From: an uncultured Chloroflexia bacterium | GTDB taxonomy: Bacteria; Chloroflexota; Dehalococcoidia; DSTF01; JALHUB01 | Direction: 5' to 3' | DNA: 64,000 nt | NCBI GenBank assembly: GCA_963719465.1 | Contig: OY970386.1 | Location: forward strand, 789,789 to 853,788 | Shown here: positions 22,185 through 32,360 of the stretch, one piece after another | How positions within the stretch are numbered: position 1 is the first letter of the stretch | Layout of the letters: the number at the start of each line of letters is the position of its first letter | Program-made: the position numbers and the translations under genes | The notes under the pieces: generated by a model | What the model saw: only the letters and a program-made list of their open reading frames with translations | Told to the model about the DNA's origin: nothing | Databases searched by the model: none

Positions 22185-22928
22185 CTAGTGCTCCTGGACA
22201 GTAATGCTCACGATCTTGTCGCCGGGCGTGGTTGCCGTACTGGGGTCGCGCGGCGTGATCTTGTTCAGCACGTCGAGGCCGTTGGTCACCTTCCCGAACA
22301 CGGTGTATCCGCCGCTCAGCTGCGGCTGCGGCGCCAGGGTGATGAAGAACTGGCTGCCGCCGGTATTGTGCTGGCCGGCGTTCGCCATCGCCACCGTGCC
22401 CGTGTCGAACGAAGAAGACGTGAACTCGTCTGGCAGATTATAGCCGGGCCCGCCATCTCCCTGACCCGTCGGATCACCTCCCTGCGCTACAAAGCCCGCG
22501 ATGACGCGGTGGAACGTGAGGCCATCGTAGAAGCCCCTGCAAGCAAGGAAGACGAAACTGTTGACCGTCACCGGCGCGAGGTTGGGCTCCAGCTCAATCG
22601 TGATGGCGCCGTTCGCCGTCGTCAGCGTCGCGGTGTACTGCTTGCTGGGGTCGATCACCGTCTCCGCCCCTGTGAAGCTCTTCTCCGCGCTCTTCGTGCA
22701 GAGCGACGCGAAGTCGCCCTGTCTCGGCGGCAGCTTGTTTGAAGGAACGGTCGCGGTGGCTCCGCTAATGGTTATCTGTCCTCCCTTCGCCACCATCGTT
22801 GGAACTCCGTTCGCCGACGATCCGGAGCTGTTGTTGCTGTTGCTGCCCCCGCCGCAGCTCGAAGCCACCAGAAGCAGCGCCGGCGCCATGGCAAGAACCA
22901 ACGACATCTTGAGTATAGACGATTTCAT
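22185..22928 (-). CDS. cyclophilin-type peptidyl-prolyl cis-trans isomerase lipoprotein
   Basis: Signal peptide with lipobox (LLVASSCGG), a Ser/Asn-rich linker, then the cyclophilin core: FHRVIAGFVAQGGDPTG, GGPGYNLPDEF, MANAGQHNTGGSQFFI. Confidence 0.85.
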   Translation of the reverse strand: MKSSILKMSLVLAMAPALLLVASSCGGGSNSNNSSGSSANGVPTMVAKGGQITISGATATVPSNKLPPRQGDFASLCTKSAEKSFTGAETVIDPSKQYTATLTTANGAITIELEPNLAPVTVNSFVFLACRGFYDGLTFHRVIAGFVAQGGDPTGQGDGGPGYNLPDEFTSSSFDTGTVAMANAGQHNTGGSQFFITLAPQPQLSGGYTVFGKVTNGLDVLNKITPRDPSTATTPGDKIVSITVQEH

Positions 22929-22941
22929 CTCTTCTCGCTCC

Positions 22942-23844
22942 TCACTCGAAAATGGACGATACGACCTCTTCGATGCTGCGCTGAAGCTCCGGGTCGTCCG
23001 TGAGGGACCAGACGACCGCGGACTGACAGGCCTGCCGCGGCGAAACGCCTTCGACGATAAGCTTGCCGGCGTAGATCAGCAACCGCGTGCTCACGCCTTC
23101 GGCAAGGCCGTGCTCTTTGAGGTTGCGGACCTTCTCGCCCAGCTTTGCCAGCTCCCCCGCGATCTCCAGCGCGACGCCCGACTCTCGCGCAATTATCTGC
23201 GCCTCCTGCTCACGATTCGGATAGCCAAACTCCATCGCCGCGAAGCGCTGGCGAGTGCTGTGCTTCAGGTCTTTCAGTGCGCTCTGGTAGCCGGGATTGT
23301 ACGAGATGACGAGCAGAAAGCCGGCCGCCGCCTCTAGGATCTGGCCGCGCTTTTCGATCGGCAGGATGCGCCGGTGGTCCGTCAGCGGATGAATCAACAC
23401 CGTCGTGTCCTTGCGCGCTTCCACCACCTCGTCCAGGTAGCAGATGGCGCCGGCCTTCACCGCTCGTGTTAGCGGTCCGTCGATCCAGCGTGTCGAGTCC
23501 CCCTCCAGCAGGTAGCGCCCGACGAGATCGCTTGCCGTCAGGTCTTCGTGGCAGGCGACGGTGACCAGCGGCAGGCCGTGCGTCTTCTCGCTGCCGCCAT
23601 CCGTGGCGTCCTTGATTATCGTGAGCGGCCGTCCCAGCTTCCAAGCCATGTACTCGATAAAGCGCGTCTTGCCGCAGCCGGTAGGGCCCTTGAGGAGGAC
23701 CGGTATCTGCTGGTCGAATGCGGCCGTAAAGAGCTCGACCTCGTCGCCGACAGGCAGATAGTAGGGCTCCTTCAGCGCGTAGTATTCTTCCACGGCGTAC
23801 TGCCGGAAATCGCCTTCGACCAGTCGAGCTCGTTTCGGCATCAC
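22942..23844 (-). CDS. MoxR-type AAA+ ATPase, CbbQ/NorQ/GvpN family
   Basis: Walker [19 protein letters not shown], Walker B ICYLDEV and the CbbQ-like C-terminal domain. Confidence 0.85.
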   Translation of the reverse strand: MMPKRARLVEGDFRQYAVEEYYALKEPYYLPVGDEVELFTAAFDQQIPVLLKGPTGCGKTRFIEYMAWKLGRPLTIIKDATDGGSEKTHGLPLVTVACHEDLTASDLVGRYLLEGDSTRWIDGPLTRAVKAGAICYLDEVVEARKDTTVLIHPLTDHRRILPIEKRGQILEAAAGFLLVISYNPGYQSALKDLKHSTRQRFAAMEFGYPNREQEAQIIARESGVALEIAGELAKLGEKVRNLKEHGLAEGVSTRLLIYAGKLIVEGVSPRQACQSAVVWSLTDDPELQRSIEEVVSSIFE

Positions 23845-23874
23845 GATCTCATTAGGGGAAAACGACGTGGGGAA

Positions 23875-24492
23875 TCAATTGTTTCGTTGGACAATTCGAG
23901 CCTGGAGAGCCTCCCACAACGCCTGCACCCGCCCCTCTAGCTCTGCCAGCGTCCCGTTGTTCTCAATAACGACGTTGGACTGACGGCATCGCTCTTCATT
24001 GCTAAGCTGGGTCCGAATCCGCGCCTCCGTCTGCTCCCGCGGAATGCCCTTCGCCTCCAACCGCTGCGTGGCCACCTCTGCGCTGGCGACCACCACCCAT
24101 ATCTCGTCGACCAGCCACTGCCAGCCGGCCTCCAGCAAGACCGCCGCCTCCAGCACAGCCACCCGCTCGCTCTTACTGCGCAGCGTCTCCACGTCACGGG
24201 CCATGATCTCCGCCATGGCGGGCCAAACGATGTCATTCAGCCGCTGGCGGTCCGCCGGTTCCGCGAACACGCGCTTGCCCAGCGCCTGCCGGTCGACCTC
24301 GCCGTTGGCACCGACGATCTCCGGTCCGAACGCTTCCACGAGCCGGTCGTACGTCGGCGAGCCCCTCCGGTATGATCGGTGGCCGACGAGGTCGGCGTTT
24401 ACAAAGGCAGCCCCTCTGTCGAAGAGCATTCTCGCGACGGTCGACTTGCCGCTGCCGATGCCACCCGTAAGGCCGATAGTGATCATCGCCAC
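23875..24492 (-). CDS. coaE: dephospho-CoA kinase
   Basis: ITIGLTGGIGSGKST...NADLVGH... Confidence 0.85.
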   Translation of the reverse strand: MAMITIGLTGGIGSGKSTVARMLFDRGAAFVNADLVGHRSYRRGSPTYDRLVEAFGPEIVGANGEVDRQALGKRVFAEPADRQRLNDIVWPAMAEIMARDVETLRSKSERVAVLEAAVLLEAGWQWLVDEIWVVVASAEVATQRLEAKGIPREQTEARIRTQLSNEERCRQSNVVIENNGTLAELEGRVQALWEALQARIVQRNN

Positions 24493-24671
24493 GCCTGAGA
24501 GACGCGCCTGCCGCTCGCAGGCGGCGGGACGCGACCAAGTACAACCATTCTAAGAGCGGCCCACGGAGCGGTCAAGCGAAGTTGCCCATCGCTTCGAGGT
24601 TGCACGCCTCTCCCGTCGTTTCTTATTTCCGATAATCTCTAAGGAGAGGCTTATGCCTAGGATCACTAGGA

Positions 24672-25676
24672 ATGGCAGATTCTGCGCCCGAAAGCGCAGG
24701 GTCAACGGAGGCGGACCAGGGCGTCGCTTCCTGGGCGGTAGCGGAAGCTCTTCTCTCTCTGCACGCCGCCCAGGACCGCCAAGCGCTGGCGGAAGCGATC
24801 TCCTCGCTCACGACTGCCCTCGATGCTCAATCAGCTACCTGCGCTTTCCTCGACGACAACAGCGGCATGCTGGTGCCCTTCCTCAGCGAGCGAAGCGCTT
24901 CGGGCCAGGTCGTCGCAACCAAACTTCCTCTCGATGAGGGAGGACACCTGGCGCACGTGCTTGAAACCGGCGACGACCTCGTTCTCGACGACCTGCGGGA
25001 GCTGATGGGCGAGGAAGCGCCAGAGCTTCCGGTTCGTCGCGTCATCCTGGCACGGCTGCAGTGGCAGGAGGAACGGCTGGGCGTCGTCCTCTTCTTCGAC
25101 CAGGGGAGCACAGGTCTGGAGCTCTACCCGCGCCTGGCGGACCATATCGCCCTTGCGCTCGTCCGGCTGCGGGCGCTCGATCAGCACCTTCGCTTCGGCG
25201 GCATCGACCCATCGCGCTGGCTGTTCGACCGCGAGTGGCTGCTCCTGCGTCTCGAAGAGGAGGTGGAGCGGGCGCGGCGGTACCGGCATTCGCTCACGCT
25301 TCTGCTGTTCGTGTTCGACAACCTCGACGACATCGCTGGGAGCGCGGCAAGTCATCAAGCGCAAGTATTCCTCCGCAAGGCAGCCGCGGTCATTCGAAAC
25401 CAGGTGCGCGGTCCCGACGTCTTGGCCGGCTTTGGCGCGACGAGCATAGCGGTACTCATGACGGAGACGCCGAAAAGCAAGGCCTTCGACGTACAGCTCC
25501 GCATCGCCTCCCGCTTATCACAAATGCAGTTGACCGTCGATGGTCCACAGCCAGCGCTCCTCCTGGGCGCCGCGGGCTTCCCCGAGGACGGCGATTCGGC
25601 GGCAAGCCTCGTCGAAGCCGCGGAGGCGAGCCTAAGTCGGTACGAAGGCAGCGAGCGCCTGGAGCAGTCCGCGTAG
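24672..25676 (+). CDS. GAF-domain sensor with degenerate GGDEF-like domain
   Basis: N-terminal GAF-like region, then a GGDEF-fold region (RRYRHSLTLLLFVFDNLDDIAG...) in which the GGDEF motif is replaced by GFGAT. It is predicted to be non-catalytic. Confidence 0.6.
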   Translation: MADSAPESAGSTEADQGVASWAVAEALLSLHAAQDRQALAEAISSLTTALDAQSATCAFLDDNSGMLVPFLSERSASGQVVATKLPLDEGGHLAHVLETGDDLVLDDLRELMGEEAPELPVRRVILARLQWQEERLGVVLFFDQGSTGLELYPRLADHIALALVRLRALDQHLRFGGIDPSRWLFDREWLLLRLEEEVERARRYRHSLTLLLFVFDNLDDIAGSAASHQAQVFLRKAAAVIRNQVRGPDVLAGFGATSIAVLMTETPKSKAFDVQLRIASRLSQMQLTVDGPQPALLLGAAGFPEDGDSAASLVEAAEASLSRYEGSERLEQSA

Positions 25677-25798
25677 TTTCAGACGGTCTCTTGTCCTCCG
25701 GACAGCGCGTACGTCGCGCCACCCAACCCCTGCCTCCCAACCCTATCGACCGTTCCTTGCTATAATGCCCTTAGGGTCGGGGAAGCAATCCAGGGCTT

Positions 25799-27205
25799 TT
25801 GACGATGGAGCGACAGGCAAAGCGACTGCTCGTAATCGGTGGCGGAGCCGCCGGCATGAGCGCGGCAGCGGCGGCGCGCCGACGCCAGCCCGACGCCGAG
25901 ATCGTCGTCCTCGAACGTGGCCCGCGCGTCTCCTTCATGCTCTGCGGCCTGCCCTACTTCATCTCCAACGTCGTCGAGGACGAAAACAGCCTCGTCGTCT
26001 ACGAGCCCGACTACTTCCGCACCGAGCGCCAGATCGACGTCCGCACCAACTGCGAGGCAAAGTTCATCGACGCCCAGGAGCACACCGTCGAGTGCGTCGA
26101 CGTCGCAACGCGGCAACGGGACACCCTTGCCTACAAGAAGCTGGTCATCGCCGCGGGCGCGCAGCCCATCCTGCCCGGCATCCGCGGCCTCGAGCTTGGC
26201 GGCGTGTTCACCCTTCGGACGCTGGATAGCGCCATCGCCGTGAAGCAGTTCATCGCCGGACGAGAGGTCAAGCGGGCCGCCATCATCGGCGCCGGCTACA
26301 TCGGTCTGGAGATGGCGGAGGCCCTGACCACCGCCGGCGCGGCAACGACCATGATCGAGGCCAGCGACACCGTCCTGCCGATGAGCGAGCCCGAAATCGG
26401 CGAGCTAATCGAAGAAGAGCTTGGCGCCCGCGGCGTCGAGCTGCTCAAGCCCCGCCTGGCGCTCAGCTTCGAAGGCGCCTCCGCGACCGTCGAGCGCGTC
26501 GCAACCGACGGCGGCGACGTCGAGGCCGACATGGTGCTCCTCGCCGCCGGCGCCCGGCCCGACTCCGCCGTCGCCCGGGAGGCCGGCGTCGCGCTCGGTG
26601 AGCTCGGCGGCATCGCGACCGACGAGATGATGCGCACGAGCGTGCCGGACGTTTACGCCGCCGGCGATTGCGTCGAATCCCGCAACATCCTGACCGGCAG
26701 GGCCATCTTCCTGCCGCTCGGCACCACCGCGAACAAGCAGGGCCGCGTCGCCGGCGAGAACGCCATGGGCGGGCGCGCCACCTTCCCCGGCATAATGACG
26801 ACACTCGCCTTCAAAGTGTTCGACCTCGAGGTCGCCCGCACCGGCCTTTCCGTCGACCAGGCGCAGACGGCCGGCTTCATCCCCGTGAGCGCCGTCATCC
26901 GCTTTCCGTCGCGGTCACCGTTCTATCCCCGCGCCGAGACGCTCACGGTGAAGCTTATCGCCGACGAGCGCAGCGGCCGCCTGCTGGGGGCACAGATGGC
27001 CGGCCACGGCACCGTCGCCAAGCGGATCGATGTCGTTGCCGCCGCCCTCCACGCGAGGATGACTATCTCCGACCTGCTGCAGCTCAATCTCTCGCACGCG
27101 CCGCCCTTCGCCAACGAGTGGGAGGGGATCCAGCTCGCCGCCCAGGCCATCGCCCACCACAGGACACGCTCGCCTTCCACTGCTTCCGCCCGTCCTGTAA
27201 GATAG
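25799..27205 (+). CDS. CoA-disulfide reductase / NADH oxidase family FAD-dependent oxidoreductase
   Basis: LLVIGGGAAGMSAA (FAD); single redox-active Cys in SFMLCGLPY; second Rossmann AIIGAGYIGLEMAE. Confidence 0.85.
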   Translation: MTMERQAKRLLVIGGGAAGMSAAAAARRRQPDAEIVVLERGPRVSFMLCGLPYFISNVVEDENSLVVYEPDYFRTERQIDVRTNCEAKFIDAQEHTVECVDVATRQRDTLAYKKLVIAAGAQPILPGIRGLELGGVFTLRTLDSAIAVKQFIAGREVKRAAIIGAGYIGLEMAEALTTAGAATTMIEASDTVLPMSEPEIGELIEEELGARGVELLKPRLALSFEGASATVERVATDGGDVEADMVLLAAGARPDSAVAREAGVALGELGGIATDEMMRTSVPDVYAAGDCVESRNILTGRAIFLPLGTTANKQGRVAGENAMGGRATFPGIMTTLAFKVFDLEVARTGLSVDQAQTAGFIPVSAVIRFPSRSPFYPRAETLTVKLIADERSGRLLGAQMAGHGTVAKRIDVVAAALHARMTISDLLQLNLSHAPPFANEWEGIQLAAQAIAHHRTRSPSTASARPVR

Positions 27206-27209
27206 CTCT

Positions 27210-28352
27210 ATGACGTTCGCTCCCCGTCCGCGTCTGAGCTGGCTGGCGGGCCTTTTGTCCCTGGTGATAGCGGTCATCGTCGTCACGGCCGCCGGCGCCG
27301 CCTGCTCCCTGACCGCCGGCAGCTCCCCGAAGACGCCGACGCCGTCGCCGTCGCCCTCCCCGTCAATGACGCCTACGCTGACCGCTACGGCAACCGCCAC
27401 GCCTTCCCCCAGTCCGACGTCGACTCCCACCGCCACCTCGACGCCCGAGCCGACGACCGTTGTCTCGCCGCTTGAGGGCGAGCCGACGCAATCAGCCGTT
27501 GAGGCTCCTCCCGCCGATACGCCCACCCCCGAGCCTTCCGCGCCTCCCGCCCAGAGCGCGGATGTCCTCATGGTGCCGCCGGAGATCGCCCAGGGGCAGA
27601 TGTCGACGGTCGAGGTCGCCGGGAACGGCGCCGCCGGCGCGGTCGCCTTCGCCGACAACGTCCGCTACCCGCTCGTCTCGCACGGGTCCGATTTCTGGGG
27701 CGTCATCGCTGAGGCGGCAGACACGAACGTCGGCGTCCACTCGGTCACCGTCCAGCTGCTCGACGGCGGCGGCAACGTGATTTCGACCGCCTCGACCGAG
27801 CTGACCGTAGACGACGGCGACTACCCGTCGGAGAACGTCGACCTGCCTGCGGACGTCAACAACTCGCTCGACCCGGCTGCTGTTCAAGCGGAGGACGATG
27901 CCCGCGCGGCAACTTTTGCCGAGTTCACCAACGAGAAGCTTTGGTCGGGGCCGTTCATCTGGCCCGTGCCGCCGACCGTAATCACCGACCCCTTCGGCAT
28001 TCGGCGCGGCTATAACGGCGGCCCTGTGTCAAGCTTTCATCAGGGGATAGACATCGCCGCCGACGAAGGCACGCCCATAGTCGCCGGCAACAGCGGCCGC
28101 GTCGCCTACGTCGCCTTTGGCCCGACGCACGGCAACTGCGTGATCATCGACCACGGCGACGGCGTCTTCAGCGGCTACAGCCACATGTCCCGCTTCAACG
28201 TGCAGGTTGGGCAAATGGTGAACAAAGGCGACGTGATCGGCTGGGTTGGAAGCACCGGCATGGCCACCGGCCCCCACGTCCACTTCGAGATCGACGTTCG
28301 CGGTGTGCCGGTCGACCCATCGCTGTGGACGATGCAAACGATAGGCCCCTGA
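27210..28352 (+). CDS. secreted M23 (LytM-type) metallopeptidase with PT-rich linker
   Basis: Signal/TM anchor, a TPTPSPSPSPS linker, and an M23 catalytic core (HQGIDIAADEGTPIVA...GYSHMS...STGMATGPHVHFEI). Confidence 0.85.
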   Translation: MTFAPRPRLSWLAGLLSLVIAVIVVTAAGAACSLTAGSSPKTPTPSPSPSPSMTPTLTATATATPSPSPTSTPTATSTPEPTTVVSPLEGEPTQSAVEAPPADTPTPEPSAPPAQSADVLMVPPEIAQGQMSTVEVAGNGAAGAVAFADNVRYPLVSHGSDFWGVIAEAADTNVGVHSVTVQLLDGGGNVISTASTELTVDDGDYPSENVDLPADVNNSLDPAAVQAEDDARAATFAEFTNEKLWSGPFIWPVPPTVITDPFGIRRGYNGGPVSSFHQGIDIAADEGTPIVAGNSGRVAYVAFGPTHGNCVIIDHGDGVFSGYSHMSRFNVQVGQMVNKGDVIGWVGSTGMATGPHVHFEIDVRGVPVDPSLWTMQTIGP

Positions 28353-28355
28353 GGC

Positions 28356-29096
28356 CTAGGCTAGTCTCCCAGCTCGCCGAGCTCGTACATAAGCGCCGCC
28401 ACCGCTGCCATTCCCGCCGTCTCCGACCGCAGGATGCGCCGCCCCAGAGAGACGCGACGCGCTCCCGCCGCAACCGCTGCGTCCGCTTCTTCCTGCGTGA
28501 AGCCTCCCTCCGGCCCGACGAACAGCGACGCGACGTTCGAGCTGGCCTGCTTCGCCTGCTGCCTTCCGCAGCGTCTGCCGCAGCGACACCGCTTCTTCGC
28601 GCTCCCAGAGAAACAGCCGCAGTCCCGCCGCCGTCCCCAGCGCTTCCTCGAGCCGCGCCGGCGAATCGAGTTCCGGCAGCCGCGACCGTCCGCACTGCTC
28701 CGCCGCCTCGGTGACGATCCGGAGCCAACGCTCCCTTCGCTCTGAGCGCCCGGAACCGGGCCGCACGACGCGGCGGGCAGCCAGCAGCGGCACGAACCGC
28801 GCCACGCCCAGCTCCGTGCCCTTCTCCAGCAGCCAGTCGAACCGGTCGCCCTTGATGACCGCCTGGTAGAGGATCACCCGCGTCTTCGGCTCCGGCCTCC
28901 CCACGCGCCGTTCGACGACGGTCGCGCCCCGAGCGCCGTCCAGCGCCACCTCGTACTCGAAGCCGCTGCCGTCGAAAAGGATCACGCGGTCGCCGGCGCG
29001 CAGCCGCAGCACATGCCGCAGCCGGTGCGACAGCTCGTCGCCGAGCTCAACGTGCTCGCCCTGCACCGCCTCCGGAGCAACGTAAAACCTGTCCAT
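28356..29096 (-). CDS. rsmE: 16S rRNA (uracil1498-N3)-methyltransferase, frameshifted near 28560
   Basis: MDRFYVAPEAV...RVILFDGSGFEYEV...LYQAVIKGDRFDWLLEKGTELGV belongs to RsmE. The true C-terminus (SNVASLFVGPEGGFTQEEADAAVAAGARRVSLGRRILRSETAGMAAVAALMYELGELGD*) sits in a third frame ending at 28356. Confidence 0.8.
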   Translation of the reverse strand: MDRFYVAPEAVQGEHVELGDELSHRLRHVLRLRAGDRVILFDGSGFEYEVALDGARGATVVERRVGRPEPKTRVILYQAVIKGDRFDWLLEKGTELGVARFVPLLAARRVVRPGSGRSERRERWLRIVTEAAEQCGRSRLPELDSPARLEEALGTAAGLRLFLWEREEAVSLRQTLRKAAGEAGQLERRVAVRRAGGRLHAGRSGRSGCGGSASRLSGAAHPAVGDGGNGSGGGAYVRARRAGRLA

Positions 29097-29155
29097 CAAA
29101 TCCCTTCTGAGCGGCAGTGGTGCCCAACACGGAAACGCAATGCGAGCCCAAGGTA

Positions 29156-30000
29156 TCACGGGTCCGGGAGCAAGAACTCTATTCTTATCGGCTCGATCAC
29201 GCGATTCCGGACGTGATCCAAAATGGCGAATAGGATATCAGCCAATGGGCGATTCGTTGCTGATGGTCCTTCCTTCAAGACCACTTGCAAGGTAAAGACT
29301 GCATTCATGTTCGCTTTCGCAAAGTCTGCTGCGGCGGCGTTGTCAAATGTAGTATGGAGGATTTCTGTCCCGTCTTCCACAGGACCTGGTTCAATTTCCA
29401 AGGACAAAGGCCGGAGGACGGGATCAAGTGCGTACACCGCATCCCTGATGGTCGACTGGGTGATATGGAGCCGCCTGTGCTTGTCGATGTTCGTAAGCTC
29501 ATCGAGAATCCACAGGGGATGGCTGTGGGGGTCAAGGAGAGGATCTTCCTTCCGCATCTGATATGGTTGCAGCCCCTGGATCACCGCCTGCGCGTGAGGA
29601 TGAACTCCCCTCATTCTGTAAAGGCCGCTATGTGGAGCAGGGTCTCCCTTACGTTTTCCGTTACGTATCTTCTTAAGAAACTCGTCTTCGTCATCAAAAA
29701 TAGGGAAGGCCGTCTGCTTCAACTCCTTGCTGGAGTGCCTCACCGTCAGCGCCGTGATCAGATGGTCAAGGGCCAATCTAGTATTGTAGAGGAACTCACC
29801 GAGGATAACGTTCAGTCGAGGCGGCAGAGGTCGTCTAATCCTCGCTTGACAACTAGGTGCCCTACCTGCCCCACACCGTAGCTCTCGAATTCAATTGGGT
29901 TAGGGTTGTTGTCGCAGAAGGCGTTGATGGCCGCATCAGTCTCCGCCCAGTGCTCTTGCGCTCGATCGAGCTTGACGAGGTAGTCGGTCAAAATCGCCAT
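29156..30000 (-). CDS. hypothetical protein in a low-GC islet (possible HEPN-like Rx4H motif); probably one frameshifted gene
   Basis: ORF 29812..30000 (62 aa) and ORF 29156..29776 (206 aa) lie on the same strand. The latter frame stays open upstream to 29893 (...RLNVILGEFLYNTRLALDHLITAL...), so one indel probably splits one gene. GC here is about 50% versus about 66% in the flanks. I recognise no confident family. Confidence 0.45.
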
Positions 30001-30237
30001 GCGCTGTCCTCAGAACGTGAAGGACGCGGCAGTACAGGAAACCCCGAGGGGCACGAGATTCCTGCCGCCACGCGGGGAGACTTCATACGCCACCTGAAGA
30101 ATTCGGCGAAGCCCTCAACTCGGGCGCCCTCCCGGAGAGGCAGTTCCCCAGACTGGGCCCGCCCCTCCTTGAGGTGATTTTGGCGTTATGTGTAGCCTTC
30201 CTGGTAGCCCGCTGCCCGTCTAACGTCGCTTCCGCGA

Positions 30238-30266
30238 AGGCTGAGGGTTTCAACCCTCAGAACTGT
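30238..30266. repeat. palindromic element CAGTTCTGAGGGTTGAAACCCTCAG (inverted copy), downstream of prmA
   Basis: aaggCTGAGGGTTTCAACCCTCAGaactg is the reverse complement of the element at 59380 and a close relative of those at 59532 and 59682. Confidence 0.75.
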
Positions 30267-30283
30267 CTAATTATCCACATCGA

Positions 30284-31144
30284 TCAACCGGCCGCCTCGA
30301 AAACGACCGTCCGCCAATCTCCCTCAGCCATAACCTCGACGGCGCGGCCTCCGGCCCTTTCCAACGCCTCGCGGCAGTCCTCGACGCGCTCGCAGCCGAT
30401 GCCCGCCGCGATCCCGACGCCGCCGTGCTTCAAGACAGCGACGAGCTCGCCCGCCAGATCGATGACCGTCGTGCTGCTGATGTTGGCGACAACGCAATCG
30501 AAACGGGAACGCGGTACTACCGCCGGCCAGGCCTCACCCAGGCTTCCCTCCGCCACCGTCGCGCCTTCGACACCGTTGGCAACGACGTTCTCCGTCGCGA
30601 CCCCAACTGCCAGCGGGTCGTTGTCCAAAGCGACGACTTCGGCTCCCAAGAGCGCGCCGGCGATGGCGAGGATGCCCGAGCCGGTGCCAACGTCCAGCAA
30701 CCGCTGTCCCCACTTCAGGCGCTCAGCCAGCGCCAGTAGGCACATCCGCGTCGTTGCGTGCTGACCCGTTCCGAACGCCATGCCCGGGTCGAGCGTAATC
30801 ACCAGCTCGCCGGCTTTCCGTCGATGGTGCCGCCAGCGCGGCACGATCACGAACGGCCCGACCCGCTGCGCTCGAAAGTGCTTCTTCCAGGCGTTCGCCC
30901 AGTCCTCTTCGTGAACGGTGCGGCTCCGGACCGATGGCGCTCGCATGAGGGCAAGCCGCGACAGCTCGCGACGCAGGGCGCGGCGACGAGCAGGGAGACG
31001 GGAATCGCGCGGGAGATAAGCCTTGACGGTCGCCACGCCGTCGCTCGCTTCGATTGCGACGCCGCCGGCGCTGGCGCGCATCACGTCGCTTACGGCCTCT
31101 TCATCCTCCGGCGCGACGGCAACGGCGATCTCCAGCCAGTCCAA
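30284..31144 (-). CDS. prmA: ribosomal protein L11 methyltransferase
   Basis: LDVGTGSGILAIAGALLGA...VALDNDPLAV...VVANI are PrmA SAM-MTase motifs. It sits in conserved dnaJ-prmA-rsmE order. Confidence 0.85.
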   Translation of the reverse strand: MDWLEIAVAVAPEDEEAVSDVMRASAGGVAIEASDGVATVKAYLPRDSRLPARRRALRRELSRLALMRAPSVRSRTVHEEDWANAWKKHFRAQRVGPFVIVPRWRHHRRKAGELVITLDPGMAFGTGQHATTRMCLLALAERLKWGQRLLDVGTGSGILAIAGALLGAEVVALDNDPLAVGVATENVVANGVEGATVAEGSLGEAWPAVVPRSRFDCVVANISSTTVIDLAGELVAVLKHGGVGIAAGIGCERVEDCREALERAGGRAVEVMAEGDWRTVVFEAAG

Positions 31145-31157
31145 GTCGTGTCCTTCG

Positions 31158-32275
31158 CTAGCCGCCGAAGGTCTCTTTTACCTTGCCCATGAAGCCCTTG
31201 CCGTCGCGGTGCCCGCCGTCGTGCCCGCGCAGCGACTCGTCGAGCTCCTTCAGCAGCCGCTTCTGCTCTTCGCTCAAGTGCTTCGGCGTCACGACGTTCG
31301 CCGTAACGACCATGTCGCCGCGACCGCCGCCGCGCACGTGCGGCACGCCCTGCCGCTTCAGGACGAACTCGTGCCCCGACTGCGTGCCGGCGGGATCTTG
31401 AGCGGCTTGTCGCCGTCGAGCGTGGGAATCGTCTCTTCGTCGCCCAGAGTCGCCTGCGCGAAGCTCACATCCAGGTTCAGGAGAATGTCGTCGCCGTCGC
31501 GCTTGAACAGCGGGTGCTCCTGCACGGACAGCACGACGTAGAGGTTCCCGCGCCCGCCGCCGTACAGGCCCATCTCGCCCTCGCCGCTGATCCGTATCTG
31601 CGAGCCCTCGTCGACTCCGGCCGGTATCCGCACCTCCAGCTTGCGACTGCGCCGCTCCTGACCTGTACCCCGGCACTGCTCGCACGGCTTGTCGACGATC
31701 CGTCCCTCGCCGCCGCAGCGGTCGCAGGCCGTGACGTTGATGAACTGCCCGAAGATGCTGCGCTGCGTCCGCCGGATCTCCCCGCTGCCGTTGCAGACCG
31801 GGCACTTGCGCGGCTCGCTGCCCGGCTCGGCGCGCAGGCCGTTGCAGCGCGAGCAAGCCTCCTCGCGGCTGATTTCGACCTCTTTCGACGTGCCGAAGAC
31901 CGCCTCCTCGAACGTCAGGGTAAGGCGATAGCGCAGGTCGGAGCCTCGCTGCGGCTGGCGGCGTCTGGAGCGGGCGCCGCCGAAGAAAGCGTCGAAGATA
32001 TCGCCGAAGCCGCCAACGTCGAACCCCTCGAACGTGCGCGCGAAGGGGCTTTCGGCGCCGGCGTGCCCGAAGCGATCGTAAATAGCGCGACGCTCCGGGT
32101 CGGAGAGCACCTCGTAGGCCTCGTTTATCTCTTTGAAGCGCTCCTCCGCGCCGGGCTCCGGGTTGCGGTCCGGATGGAACTTCATCGCCAGGCGGCGGAA
32201 GGCGCGCTTTATATCGTCCTGGCTTGCGTTTCGCGGCACCCCCAGGACGTTGTAGTAATCGAGTTTAGTAGTCAT
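31158..32275 (-). CDS. dnaJ: chaperone DnaJ, frameshifted near 31375
   Basis: J-domain with HPD (KFHPDRNP), G/F region and four CxxCxGxG zinc-finger repeats in ORF 31358..32275. The C-terminal domain (...[38 protein letters not shown]) is in ORF 31158..31856. One G is missing in a ccggccggc run. Confidence 0.85.
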
Positions 32276-32360
32276 AGATAAGCATCGGTTGAATCGGCTT
32301 TCCCGCCGATCAACCTATGATAGCAGATTCGCGACGGTCTTTGGAGGTGCCACGGGAATG

